Source: Nitrospinales bacterium
GTDB lineage: Bacteria > Nitrospinota > Nitrospinia > Nitrospinales > VA-1
Assembly: GCA_965223795.1 (NCBI GenBank)
Contig: CBDCXL010000001.1
Span: 416,001-480,000, forward strand
Reading direction: 5' to 3'
Length of the DNA: 64,000 nt
Position 1 is the first letter of the stretch; each line of letters opens with the position of its first letter. This document shows positions 21,264 through 31,922 of the stretch, in pieces. The position numbers were made by a program, and so were the translations under genes. The notes beneath the pieces were generated by a model. It was not told the DNA's origin. It worked only from the letters and a program-made list of their open reading frames with translations, and did not search any database.

Positions 21264-22172
21264 TCAGACTTCCCCGCCCTCCGGCTTGAACAGGACTTTG
21301 GTCAATTTGGGCAGGTTCCTGGAATCTTCAAACAGTTTCTGCACTTCCTCGCTCACGTCGTTGCGGATCAGAATGAGGGTTTCCAGATTGGCGAGGTTCT
21401 TCGATTCGGCGAGAGCGCGGGCGCCGTCGTCGCCGATCTCGGCTTCGTAAAGATCCAGCAGCGTGAGGTTCTTGAACACTTCCGAATTCGCAATGGCGAT
21501 GCCGCCGCGACGCCCGATCGGATTGTAGGTCAGGGTCAGCTGCGTGAGGTTCTTCAGCGTCTCCGACTGGGCCATGGCCTCGACACCTTCGGCCTCGATG
21601 TAGTTCCAGTTGAGGTTGAGCTCGGTCAACTGGGACAGGCTTTTGGAATCGGCGATGGCGAACGCGCCTTCGTTGCCGATGTCGTTGCGGTACAGGCTCA
21701 GCAGGTTGAGCTTGGTGAGGCGGGTCGAGGCGGCCAGCGCCTGAACGCCTTCGTCGCCGAGCTTGTCTCCCAGCCACAGGGACACCAGATTCGACAGCGT
21801 CGTCGATTCGGCGAGGGCGCGCGCGCCCTTCGGGCCGACTTCATTGTCGCTCATGATGAGTTCCGACAGGTTGAGCAGCGTCTTGGATTTGGCCATCGCC
21901 TCGACACCGGCGTCGGTCACCTTGTTCTTGAACAGGTTCAGCACGGTGAGGAACTTCATGTGCTCGGAATCGAGCAGGGCGCGGATGCCGTCGTCCCCGA
22001 CATCGTTGAACTCAAGGAACAGCGTGGTGACGCCCTTGGCTTTATCCGACGCGACGATCTTTTTCAGGGTGTCGTCGTCGATTTCTTTTTCCCGAAGATC
22101 CAGCTCGCTTTTATCCGCGTTGAGGCCCTGCTCGATGAGCCCGTCGATGTCTTTCTCGGTTTTGGTGGTCAT
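21264..22172 (-). CDS. Cytoplasmic leucine-rich repeat protein (RI/GALA-like)
   Basis: LxxLNLxxNxIGxEGAxALAxS repeats; no signal peptide. Confidence 0.88.
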   Translation of the reverse strand: MTTKTEKDIDGLIEQGLNADKSELDLREKEIDDDTLKKIVASDKAKGVTTLFLEFNDVGDDGIRALLDSEHMKFLTVLNLFKNKVTDAGVEAMAKSKTLLNLSELIMSDNEVGPKGARALAESTTLSNLVSLWLGDKLGDEGVQALAASTRLTKLNLLSLYRNDIGNEGAFAIADSKSLSQLTELNLNWNYIEAEGVEAMAQSETLKNLTQLTLTYNPIGRRGGIAIANSEVFKNLTLLDLYEAEIGDDGARALAESKNLANLETLILIRNDVSEEVQKLFEDSRNLPKLTKVLFKPEGGEV

Positions 22173-22792
22173 ACGAAGATCCGGGTTGCTGTGTTTGCAG
22201 GAAGTGGTGTTTAACAGGCCATTCTATTTAAGTCCGTGCGGTTCGTAAAGTCAAAATATTCAAAATGCCCCGCAGGCCGAAACGGCGGCTTAAATGAGTT
22301 CCCCATCGGGATGCGTTGTACCCGCTTTCCCGCCAGGGATCGATGGTTGTATCCACTGCGAGCGTCATTCAATCCCCTTGATATTTTGCGGGTTAATGTG
22401 GCGGACGGCGTGCACCGGGATGCAAGCCTCGCAATTCTGCGCGTTTTTCACGGGCTTTTCGTGCCCTTGCTTCGATCCGGTTCTGCCCTGCGCACATTTG
22501 GATAGGTTCTTCGATCCTGAAATTCAGCCGCCCAAAATCCTCATACACAACGCTCACAGAAATCGCACAACGCGAAGCGCGCTTTACCGGACAAAGCCTT
22601 CCCCGGCGCACACGCACTGCGAATGCGGATCGCGCGCATCGGGCCGATTGCAGACTCACAAAACCCGGATGAATTTGCATTCAGATTCTGTATAATTATT
22701 TTTTGTCCAGACTCTCTCCCGGCCAGACGCGGCACACGCGCACTGGCCGGGATCCCGTATTCACACTTCCCATCTCTGATTCGGACCCCGTC

Positions 22793-23785
<993 letters not shown>

Positions 23786-23800
23786 CTGTCTTTCCGGACG

Positions 23801-24739
23801 ATGGCTTTCCTTTCCCGATTCTTCGACTGGTTCGAGCTGCCGGAACCGCAGGAAACCGATACGGCGGTGTCTTCCGAGCTGCTGGACAAGGTGCGGTCGA
23901 TCCAGATCAAGACCAGCCATCTGGTCAACGACCTGATGGCGGGGGAATACGTGTCGGCGTTCAAGGGCCGCGGCATGGAGTTCAGCGAGGTGCGGGAGTA
24001 CCAGCCGGGCGACGACGTGCGCCTGATCGACTGGAACGTGACCGCGCGCATGAATCAACCGTTCATCAAGGAGTTCAAGGAGGAGCGGGAGCTGACGCTG
24101 ATGCTGCTGGTGGACGTCAGTTCGTCCGGCGCGTTCGGATCGGCGGGAAAACTGAAAAACGAGGTCGCGGCGGAACTGGCGTCGATCCTGGCGTTCACGG
24201 CGATCCGCAACAACGACAAGATCGGACTGATGGTGTTCTCGGACCGGATCGAGCGGTACATCCCGCCCAAGAAGGGCAAGGCGCATGTGTGGAACATCAT
24301 CCGCACCATCCTGGATTTCAGCCCGGAAGGCCGCGGCACGGACCTCAACCTGCCGCTGGAATACCTGTCAAACGTGCAGAAACGCAAGACGGTCACGTTC
24401 CTGATCTCGGATTTTCAATGCGAGGGCTACGAGGGCACGCTCCGGCTGGCGAAGCAGAAACACGACATCGTCGCGCTGTGGATCCAGGACCCGCGCGAAG
24501 AAACGCTGCCAGACGTCGGGCTGCTGCACCTGGAAGACGCCGAAACGGGCGAAACCATCCTGATCGACACACACGACCGCTCCTGGGCGAAACAGTATGC
24601 CGTGCTGACGAAAAAGGCGTTCCTGGCGCAGAAACGGGTGCTCAACGCGATGAACATCGATGTGGTGACGATCCGCACGGACCGTTCCCTCGTCGAACCG
24701 CTGGTGCGCTATTTTAAAATGCGGGAGAAAAAACACTGA
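23801..24739 (+). CDS. DUF58 family protein
   Basis: GRGMEFSEVREYQPGDDVRLIDWNVTAR, LLVDVSSS, FLISDF. Confidence 0.94.
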   Translation: MAFLSRFFDWFELPEPQETDTAVSSELLDKVRSIQIKTSHLVNDLMAGEYVSAFKGRGMEFSEVREYQPGDDVRLIDWNVTARMNQPFIKEFKEERELTLMLLVDVSSSGAFGSAGKLKNEVAAELASILAFTAIRNNDKIGLMVFSDRIERYIPPKKGKAHVWNIIRTILDFSPEGRGTDLNLPLEYLSNVQKRKTVTFLISDFQCEGYEGTLRLAKQKHDIVALWIQDPREETLPDVGLLHLEDAETGETILIDTHDRSWAKQYAVLTKKAFLAQKRVLNAMNIDVVTIRTDRSLVEPLVRYFKMREKKH

Positions 24740-24740
24740 C

Positions 24741-25163
24741 ATGAATTCGCCGCCGGAGAATCCAAACAATGAAGGCGTCGGGCGCGGGGTCAAGATCTTC
24801 GTGATCGTGCTGACCGTCGTGACGGTGGGCGCGTTCGCGGTGTTTTCCCTGCAGCTGTTCAGCAAGATGCTGTCGCCGTCCAAAAGCGCGCAATGGCCGA
24901 ACCGTCTGTACGATGTGGCGGGCAAGCTCGAACGGGCGGGGCTCAAGCAGCAGGCCATTGAGCAGTACCAGCGTTATCTTGAAAAAGCCAAGGTCGATCT
25001 TGAACGCCGGGCCGAAGTTTCCGAGACCATCGGTGCGCTGTACCGGGAACTGGGCAACTGCCCCGAAGCGCTGGTCTGGTTCTACCAGGCGGAGCTGGCG
25101 GCGAAGGAACCGGGCGATGCGTTGAAGTCGCACATCGCGGAATGTCGCAAAACCATCCCATGA
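24741..25163 (+). CDS. Membrane-anchored TPR-like protein
   Basis: N-terminal TM helix followed by helical TPR-like segment; operonic spacing. Confidence 0.7.
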   Translation: MNSPPENPNNEGVGRGVKIFVIVLTVVTVGAFAVFSLQLFSKMLSPSKSAQWPNRLYDVAGKLERAGLKQQAIEQYQRYLEKAKVDLERRAEVSETIGALYRELGNCPEALVWFYQAELAAKEPGDALKSHIAECRKTIP

Positions 25164-26176
25164 GGTTGCGGACAGGAATGAAACTCCGGCGGCATGTTTT
25201 TCTTTTGGCGGTGGGCCTCGTTTTGACTGGGCTGATGATGCCCGTATGGGCGCATGCAGAGGATGGTGAGAAAGCCCCCTCCTCTCCGGTTTCGCTGGAA
25301 GTGCATCTCGACCGCTACCAGGCGACGCTCGGCGATCTGGTCACGTACACGGTGACGGTCTGGCACGAGGCGTCGATCGAGCCGAGGGCGCCGGAATTTC
25401 CTGCGATTGAAGGGCTGGAACGGGTGGACCGGGGACGGCGTGACGGCGAGACGAAAAAGAAACTCAATAAGACGGAGTTCTGGATCCAGTACCGCGCCGA
25501 CGCGATCGGGAAAATCCTGTTTCCCAGGATGGATGTGCCGTTCACGGTGCACGGGAACGGTGAAGCAACCGAAGGGACCGCGTCCACCTGGCAGCTGGAA
25601 CTGGAAGTGCAGTCGATCCTGCGCCTGCAGGGAGAACCCACGGACATCCGCGACATCAAGCCGGTGCTCCAGGCCGGCCGCGACTGGCTCCCGATTCTGT
25701 TCATGGTGCTTGTGTGCGCGGGACTTTTGGCTTTCGTCTATTTCCTCTGGCGGCGGGCCGGAGGACGGCGCGCGCAGCGGGAGGCAACCAGCCTTTCGGC
25801 GCTGCTTCCGCACGAGCGGGCGCTAAAGGATCTGGATGCCCTGAAGGCGCGCGGCCTGCTGGAATCGGGAGAATTGCGGGAATACCATTTTCAGCTCTCA
25901 GAAATTTTCCGCCGCTATTTGCAGGACCGTTTCGCGTTTCCCGCGCTCGACTGGACCACGGAAGAGATCGCCGCTTACCTGTACGAGAATCCGGTGCTTG
26001 GCAATGCTTTGCGCAAGCGCACCGACGCCGTGCTCAGGCAGACCGACCGGGTCAAGTTCGCGCGCTCTCTGGACGACGCGCCTGCAGACCCGATGCCGGA
26101 CGTGGTGCAGCTGATCCGCAGCACCGCCCCCGACGCCGCCCCTGCCGATGCCCCGGAGACCGCGGCCAGGCTGTGA
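25160..26176 (+). CDS. Bat-cluster membrane protein (BatD/DUF4381-like)
   Basis: Signal peptide, IRDIKP, TM helix, PHERAL, LSEIFRRYL, TTEE, DRVKFAR. Confidence 0.8.
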   Translation: MRLRTGMKLRRHVFLLAVGLVLTGLMMPVWAHAEDGEKAPSSPVSLEVHLDRYQATLGDLVTYTVTVWHEASIEPRAPEFPAIEGLERVDRGRRDGETKKKLNKTEFWIQYRADAIGKILFPRMDVPFTVHGNGEATEGTASTWQLELEVQSILRLQGEPTDIRDIKPVLQAGRDWLPILFMVLVCAGLLAFVYFLWRRAGGRRAQREATSLSALLPHERALKDLDALKARGLLESGELREYHFQLSEIFRRYLQDRFAFPALDWTTEEIAAYLYENPVLGNALRKRTDAVLRQTDRVKFARSLDDAPADPMPDVVQLIRSTAPDAAPADAPETAARL

Positions 26177-26232
26177 ATCCGAACCGCGACCGGCGGCTTC
26201 GCTGCTTTTTTTAATTCGCTCACTGGCAAATC

Positions 26233-27231
26233 ATGGAATTTTTCCGCTTCGAAGATCCCTGGCTTTTGCTTCTGCTCCTGTTGCTGCCGTTTGCGGTGAT
26301 GCTGGCACGCGGCCGCAAACAGACGGTGCTGCATTACTCGTCCATCGCGCGGCTGAAATCGATCCTGCCCGCGCGCACGCACTGGCTGGCCTCGGTGCCC
26401 CGGGTCCTGCGCATCCTGGCCATCGTGCTTCTTGTCATTGCGCTGGCGCGGCCGCAGGAAGGGCGCAAGAGCACGGAGATCCTGTCGGCGGGTGTGGACA
26501 TCATGCTGGCCATCGACACCTCGGTCAGCATGCAGGCGATGGATTTCATGAAGGACGGAGAACGCATCGACCGGCTGCAGGTGGTCAAAGACGTGGTCGC
26601 GGAATTCATCGCCAACCGGCCCTACGACCGGCTGGGCATGGTGGTGTTCGGCGAAGAGGCGTTCACGCAGTGCCCGCTCACGCTGGATCACGACATCCTG
26701 CTGTCGTTTCTGCGCGACACGCGCATCGGCCTGGCGGGCAACGCCACGGCGATCGGGTCGGCGATCGGGATCGCGGTCAAGCGCCTCAAGGACCTCAAGG
26801 CGCAGAGCCGGGTGGTCATCCTGCTGACCGACGGGCGCAACACCGCCGGCAGCATCACGCCGGCGCAGGCGGCGTCGATCGCCAAACAGTTCGGCGTCAA
26901 GATCTACACCATCGGCGTGGGCACCGAGGGCAAGGCGCCGTTTCTGGTGGATTCCCTGTTCGGCAAGCGCTTCGTCTACCAGGACGTGGAGATGGACGAA
27001 AAAACACTGAAGGAGATCGCGGACATGACCGGCGGGCGGTACTTCCGCGCCAAGGACGTGGACACGCTGAAAGAGGTGTACAACCAGATCGACCGGCTGG
27101 AAACCTCGGAAGTCAAGGTCCTCGACCACTCGGAATTCAACGAGCTGTTCCCCTATTTCCTGATTCCGGGGCTGGCCCTGTTTCTGCTGGAGGTCCTGCT
27201 CGCCAACACCCGCCTGATGAGGGTTCCCTGA
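26233..27231 (+). CDS. batA: BatA-like VWA domain protein
   Basis: FEDPWLL, ALARPQ, MIDAS DTSVSM, PLTLD, TAIGSAI, LLTDG. Confidence 0.9.
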   Translation: MEFFRFEDPWLLLLLLLLPFAVMLARGRKQTVLHYSSIARLKSILPARTHWLASVPRVLRILAIVLLVIALARPQEGRKSTEILSAGVDIMLAIDTSVSMQAMDFMKDGERIDRLQVVKDVVAEFIANRPYDRLGMVVFGEEAFTQCPLTLDHDILLSFLRDTRIGLAGNATAIGSAIGIAVKRLKDLKAQSRVVILLTDGRNTAGSITPAQAASIAKQFGVKIYTIGVGTEGKAPFLVDSLFGKRFVYQDVEMDEKTLKEIADMTGGRYFRAKDVDTLKEVYNQIDRLETSEVKVLDHSEFNELFPYFLIPGLALFLLEVLLANTRLMRVP

Positions 27232-28280
27232 TGCAGCTCGGACAGCCGCAATACCTGAACCTGCTCTGGCTGCTGCCGCCGTTGATCCTGTTTCTCGTGT
27301 GGGGGGCGCGGCGCCGGCGGCGGATGGCGGCCCGCTTCTGCGGCGAACCCCTGCTGCCGAAACTGGTGGGGCCGCGCTTCGCGGAAAAGCAGCGCCTGCG
27401 GCTGATCCTCACGGTGCTGGCGGTGCTGTTCTGCATGCTCGCCTTCACGCAGCCGCGCTGGGGTTATCAATGGAAGGAAAAGCAGCAGTTCGGGCTGGAT
27501 CTGGTGGTGGCGCTGGATGTGTCCCGCAGCATGCTGGCCGAGGACATCAAGCCAAACCGGCTGGACCGGGCGCGGCGCAAGGTGCTCGATCTCATCGACA
27601 TGCTGGAGGGGGACCGCATCGGGCTGGTGGTGTTCGCGGGCGACGCGTTCGTGCAGTGCCCGCTGACGCTCGACTACCAGGCGGCGAAGCTGTTTCTCTC
27701 GGCCGTTGACACGGACATCCTGTCGATCCAGGGCACCGCTCTGGCAAAGGCCATCCGCGTGTCGCTGGAGGCGCTGCGCGGCCAGGAAAAAAAGTCCAAG
27801 GCGGTGATCCTCATCACCGACGGTGAGGACCATTCGGGCGAACCGGTCGAGGCGGCGCGGCGGGCCGCCGAACAGGGTGTGCAGATCTACACGATCGGCA
27901 TCGGCCGGGAACTGGGGGCGCCGATTCCGAGCGCCGACGCCAAAGGCGGGTTCAAGAAGGACGCCAGCGGCGAGGTCATCCTGACGAAGCTGGACGAAGC
28001 CACGCTGCAGGCGATTGCCCTGGAAACGGGGGGCACCTACGTGCGTTCCGTCACCGGCGACCTCGACCTCACGCAGATCTATAAAGAGAGCATTCTCGGG
28101 AGCCTGGAGAAGACCGAGCTGAAATCGCAGCGCCGCAAGCAGTGGCACGAGCGGTTTCAATGGCTGATCCTGCTGGCCCTGATCTGCCTGGCGGCGGATT
28201 TTTTCATCGATGAAAAACCGCGTCCTGCGCCGCAGCGCCGTATCTCCGTTGCGCCGGGGCAGCCGGATTTGTTAAAATAA
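27231..28280 (+). CDS. batB: BatB-like VWA domain protein
   Basis: QPRWG, LDVSRSMLAEDIKPNRL, PLTLDY, LITDGEDH; translationally coupled to batA. Confidence 0.9.
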   Translation: MQLGQPQYLNLLWLLPPLILFLVWGARRRRRMAARFCGEPLLPKLVGPRFAEKQRLRLILTVLAVLFCMLAFTQPRWGYQWKEKQQFGLDLVVALDVSRSMLAEDIKPNRLDRARRKVLDLIDMLEGDRIGLVVFAGDAFVQCPLTLDYQAAKLFLSAVDTDILSIQGTALAKAIRVSLEALRGQEKKSKAVILITDGEDHSGEPVEAARRAAEQGVQIYTIGIGRELGAPIPSADAKGGFKKDASGEVILTKLDEATLQAIALETGGTYVRSVTGDLDLTQIYKESILGSLEKTELKSQRRKQWHERFQWLILLALICLAADFFIDEKPRPAPQRRISVAPGQPDLLK

Positions 28281-28429
28281 CATGAAATATCCCCTGTTTT
28301 TGAAGGCGCTTGACTTTCCGAAACGGGGGTTTCATTTATGACTGCGGCCGGATTTTCCGGCCTGACGATTGGCATTCCTCCCGCTTTTGCCGGGACATCG
28401 ACGACATTCCTATTGAGGTGAACGGTTCT

Positions 28430-29146
28430 ATGGAAAACATTTCGAGAAACATCCCGAGTCACATGAGTCAGGACGCGATCGCCGCGGAACAGCAGCGTTT
28501 CATGGTGCGCGTCTACAACTGGATGACGGCAGGCCTCGCGGTGACGGGTTTTCTGGCGTTCTTCGTGGCCAACAGCCCGACGGCGCTGGGGATCATCACG
28601 GCCAGCCCGATCATTCCCATCGGTCTTGTGATCGCGCAGCTGGGTCTGGTGTTTTATCTGTCGTTCCGCGTGCAGAAGATGTCCGCCAGCCAGGCCACCG
28701 GCGTGTTCATCCTGTACGCCGGTCTCACGGGCCTCACCTTCTCGTTCATTTTCCTGGCATACACGACGGCGTCCATCACCGCCACATTTCTGGTGACGGC
28801 CGGCACGTTCGGCGCCATGAGCTTTTACGGCTACACGACCAAAAAGGACCTCACCTCGATGGGCAGCTTTCTGTTCATGGGGCTGATCGGCATCATCATC
28901 GCTTCGGTGGTCAACATCTTTCTGAAGAACGAGATGATGCACTGGATCATCACCTATGCGGGCGTGCTCATCTTCGTCGGCCTGACCGCCTACGACACGC
29001 AGAAGATCAAGAACATGAACATCCTCGGCAACGAGGGCACCGATGAGGACACCAAGGAAGCGGTGATCGGCGCGCTGACGCTGTACCTGGACTTCATCAA
29101 CCTGTTCCTGATGCTGCTGCGCATCATGGGCAATCCGCGCGAATGA
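28430..29146 (+). CDS. Bax inhibitor-1/YccA family membrane protein
   Basis: FMVRVYNWM, YGYTTKKDL, GLTAYDTQKIK, GALTLYLDFINLF. Confidence 0.93.
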   Translation: MENISRNIPSHMSQDAIAAEQQRFMVRVYNWMTAGLAVTGFLAFFVANSPTALGIITASPIIPIGLVIAQLGLVFYLSFRVQKMSASQATGVFILYAGLTGLTFSFIFLAYTTASITATFLVTAGTFGAMSFYGYTTKKDLTSMGSFLFMGLIGIIIASVVNIFLKNEMMHWIITYAGVLIFVGLTAYDTQKIKNMNILGNEGTDEDTKEAVIGALTLYLDFINLFLMLLRIMGNPRE

Positions 29147-29168
29147 CCGCGGCGTGAATCGAGCACTC

Positions 29169-29198
29169 AAAGCCCCCGCGCAAGCGGGGGCTTTTTTT
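29169..29198 (+). terminator. Rho-independent terminator
   Basis: AGCCCCCGC-GCAA-GCGGGGGCT followed by a T-run. Confidence 0.88.
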
Positions 29199-29229
29199 AT
29201 GGCTTCAAGACCATTGCAGGATCTTTTCT

Positions 29230-29334
29230 CTGTCATGCAGAGCCTTTCGAAGCATGATTCCGTACACCCTGGATAAAGCCTGTCCTGAGCTGTCATCCTG
29301 AGCTTGTCGAAGGACGGAGGGCTCAGGGTGACAG
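29230..29334. repeat. Composite nested REP-like palindromic repeat
   Basis: Inverted doublet TGTCA..GAAG / ..CTCAGGGTGACA with doubly nested units in the right arm. Confidence 0.85.
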
Positions 29335-29426
29335 TTGAACCCCAGGCTTTCATAATTCGGTGCATGCAGCGAATTCTTCATCCCGCAGCCTCCGCTGTAC
29401 ACTTTCGATTTTCCCGCTGCAAACGG

Positions 29427-29455
29427 TTGACATAAGTATCGAATTTAATTAAAAT
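29427..29455 (+). promoter_or_regulatory. sigma70-type promoter of the protease gene
   Basis: TTGACA-17 nt-TAAAAT. Confidence 0.75.
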
Positions 29456-29563
29456 TACTATCGAAATATCAACGGTGTCCGGCTTTCTCAGCGGTTCTCG
29501 CTCCGCCGGACAAACTCCTCCAACCTTCCCGTTTCCTTGTCCTCTCCACAAGCCCAAAAACCC

Positions 29564-30859
29564 ATGAAAATCTCTCTCACTGTTCTGCTCTGTGTGTTCA
29601 CCGCCGTTCCCGTGCATGCGCTGCAAAATGAAATCGTTTTCAAGCAGGCCATGCAGTACACGGTTAAAATCGAAACACGCGTCAAGATTCCTTTCGACGG
29701 AGAAAAGAAAGGCTCCTCGACCGGAGCCGGATTCCTGGTGGACAAGGCGCGCGGCTGGGTGATGACGAACGCGCACGTGGTGTCGCGTTCGCCGTCGCAC
29801 ATCACGGCGGCGTTTCACAATCAGCCCGAGAACCCGGCGGAAAAACTGTACGTCGACCCGTACCTGGACATGGCGCTCATCCGCATCGCGCCCGCGCGCA
29901 TTCCCCGGCAGGCGAAAACCGCGCCGCTGCTGTGCGACGCGATGCCGGAGATCGGCCATTCCATCGGTGCGTTCGGGCATCCCTGGAAATTCTCGTTCAC
30001 CGGAACGCGCGGCATCATCTCCGGCATCACCTCGCGGCTAGGCGGCGAGCTGCTGCAAACGGATGCACCGATCAATCCGGGCAACTCGGGCGGACCGCTG
30101 ATCAGCACGCGCAGCGGCCAGGTCGTCGGCATGAACACGGCGACGCTGAACCGGGAGGAAAACCAGAACACCAATTTCGCGGAACCCATGAAATACCTGT
30201 GCCGGGTGCTCTCGCTGCTGCGGGAGGGCCGCGACCCTTCGCCGCCCGATCTTACGGTGCTGTTTCAGGAAGACACGGAGAGCCGCAACCAGCTGGTGGT
30301 GGCCCGCACCTATCTCGAACCCGGCCTGCTGCCGCTGCGGGAGGGGGATGTGATCCTGAGGACGCTGCCGGACAACACTCCGGTCGAAAACGAGGGACAA
30401 TGGGTGCACTCGCTGCGCGGCAGGCTCGACCGGTTCGATCTGGAAATCCTGCGCGACGGCAGGAAACAGATCATCACCGGCCGGCTCCATCCGGCGCCGC
30501 GCGTCACCGAGCGCAAAGGCGTGTTCTTCTCCGGCGTGCTGTTCGCGCCCGTGCCGTTCCGCGACCGCTCGGAAATGGCGTATTCCCTGAAAGTCGATTA
30601 TGTCGAACCGGGCTCCATCGGCGAGAGCAAGCACATCGGCCCGTGGGACCGGCTCATGGCGGTGAACGGGCAGCCGGTGCGCACGCTGGATGAGCTGCAT
30701 CGCCAACTCAGGCAGGTGCAGCGGGACAACCGCGCCGTGTCCGTGAAGATGCGCCGCATCAGCAGCCGCAAGGATCGCATCTTCAATTACAAGAATGTTT
30801 CGCTGCCGGTGGAGGACCTCAAGTTCATCGGCGCGGAGGCCAAAGACCCCAATACCTGA
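29564..30859 (+). CDS. Trypsin-like (S1C/HtrA-like) serine protease with PDZ-like domains
   Basis: Signal peptide; TNAHVV, DMALI, QTDAPINPGNSGGPL. Confidence 0.9.
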   Translation: MKISLTVLLCVFTAVPVHALQNEIVFKQAMQYTVKIETRVKIPFDGEKKGSSTGAGFLVDKARGWVMTNAHVVSRSPSHITAAFHNQPENPAEKLYVDPYLDMALIRIAPARIPRQAKTAPLLCDAMPEIGHSIGAFGHPWKFSFTGTRGIISGITSRLGGELLQTDAPINPGNSGGPLISTRSGQVVGMNTATLNREENQNTNFAEPMKYLCRVLSLLREGRDPSPPDLTVLFQEDTESRNQLVVARTYLEPGLLPLREGDVILRTLPDNTPVENEGQWVHSLRGRLDRFDLEILRDGRKQIITGRLHPAPRVTERKGVFFSGVLFAPVPFRDRSEMAYSLKVDYVEPGSIGESKHIGPWDRLMAVNGQPVRTLDELHRQLRQVQRDNRAVSVKMRRISSRKDRIFNYKNVSLPVEDLKFIGAEAKDPNT

Positions 30860-30905
30860 TCCGCCGCTCCCCGCCCCTTATTGAAACCGTTGTGAATTTC
30901 ATTGG

Positions 30906-31008
30906 CTGTCATGCTGAGACCTTCGTCCTTCGACAAGCTCAGGATGACAGCTCAGGACAGGCTCTGTCGAAGCATGATCCCGCACCCTTCGACAAGCTCA
31001 GCGTGACA
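30906..31008. repeat. Composite nested REP-like palindromic repeat
   Basis: Inverted doublet with doubly nested units in the left arm. Confidence 0.85.
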
Positions 31009-31317
31009 TTGAAAAACTCTGAATCGCCACCCGCCAGACTTATGCGAAGGTTTTCCTGGTTGGGTACTTAATATTTCCGAAACGGGATATCCCTGGCTTT
31101 CCGGATTCTTTTTTCCGATTTCACCCTGCCTAAATTTACACTTCACTTAAAATCTTAGATTTTGCGTTCGCACTCGCCGGCAGCATGCCTCAGCGGGCGG
31201 ATTTGCCCGGCCGGGCCCCGGCCCGGCAGGACTCCACGCCAATTTAAATCTATATAACTCAAATAGATATATGAGCTGCATTTGTTTTTATTTCCCGTAC
31301 GGACTTTTTTCGGTTTT

Positions 31318-31382
31318 TGTGACGCCGGTCACGGTTTCACCCACAATGTGCTATTGAACTTCCGATTTTTACTTGATAAGTT
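31318..31382 (+). promoter_or_regulatory. CRP-like box plus sigma70-like promoter
   Basis: TGTGA-N6-TCACG at 31318-31333; TTGAAC-17 nt-TAAGTT at 31354-31382. Confidence 0.4.
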
Positions 31383-31444
31383 TTTTTTATCGTTTTTACC
31401 GTCCCGAAACACACAATTACCATCCTTGAAAAGGAGAAGCCCTC

Positions 31445-31702
31445 ATGAAGAAATTCACAGCCGTGTTTGTCAGCATCCTGTTCGTCGCATCCCTGGCCAT
31501 TCCGTTCGCCGCCTTTGCGGGCGATCCGATGGCCAAAGGCAAAACCACCGCAACGTCCAAAAAAATGGACGACACCGCAAAAAAAGGCAAATCGTCCGGT
31601 TCCAGCAGCGCTAAAAAATCGGCTTCCACAGCGAGTGACAGCAAGGACGACGACAAAAAGAAAGACGCAGCAGGCAAAACCCCTCAGAAAAAGAGCAAGT
31701 GA
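31445..31702 (+). CDS. Small secreted Lys/Ser/Ala/Asp-rich low-complexity protein
   Basis: Strong RBS AAGGAG, signal peptide ending AFA, own terminator. Confidence 0.8.
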   Translation: MKKFTAVFVSILFVASLAIPFAAFAGDPMAKGKTTATSKKMDDTAKKGKSSGSSSAKKSASTASDSKDDDKKKDAAGKTPQKKSK

Positions 31703-31817
31703 CCTTTTTTTGAGTTTTGAATAGCAGCACTGGATTGACCTGATCGAAAGCGCCAGGACCGACCGGAAACAGTGTGCGCTTCCGGCCCGTTCCGGCGCCT
31801 GCAGGGGCGGAAAAACC

Positions 31818-31857
31818 GGGGTTTGCAGTTCTCAACACTGCAAACCCCTTTTTCTTT
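31818..31857 (+). terminator. Rho-independent terminator
   Basis: GGGGTTTGCAGT-7 nt-ACTGCAAACCCC followed by TTTTTCTTT. Confidence 0.85.
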
Positions 31858-31922
31858 GCGATGCTTTTGTGAGGAAACTCCGGGAGGGGTTTTTCCGGGC
31901 CTGAAAATTCGGTATCATTGAA

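Noticed and set aside
22173..22792. Short ORFs in the 620-bp divergent intergenic region
   Set aside because: No RBS, motif or codon-bias support, and no convincing RNA structure seen
29230..31008. Repeats as a CRISPR array
   Set aside because: Units are inverted or nested, have no unique regular spacers, and no cas genes are present
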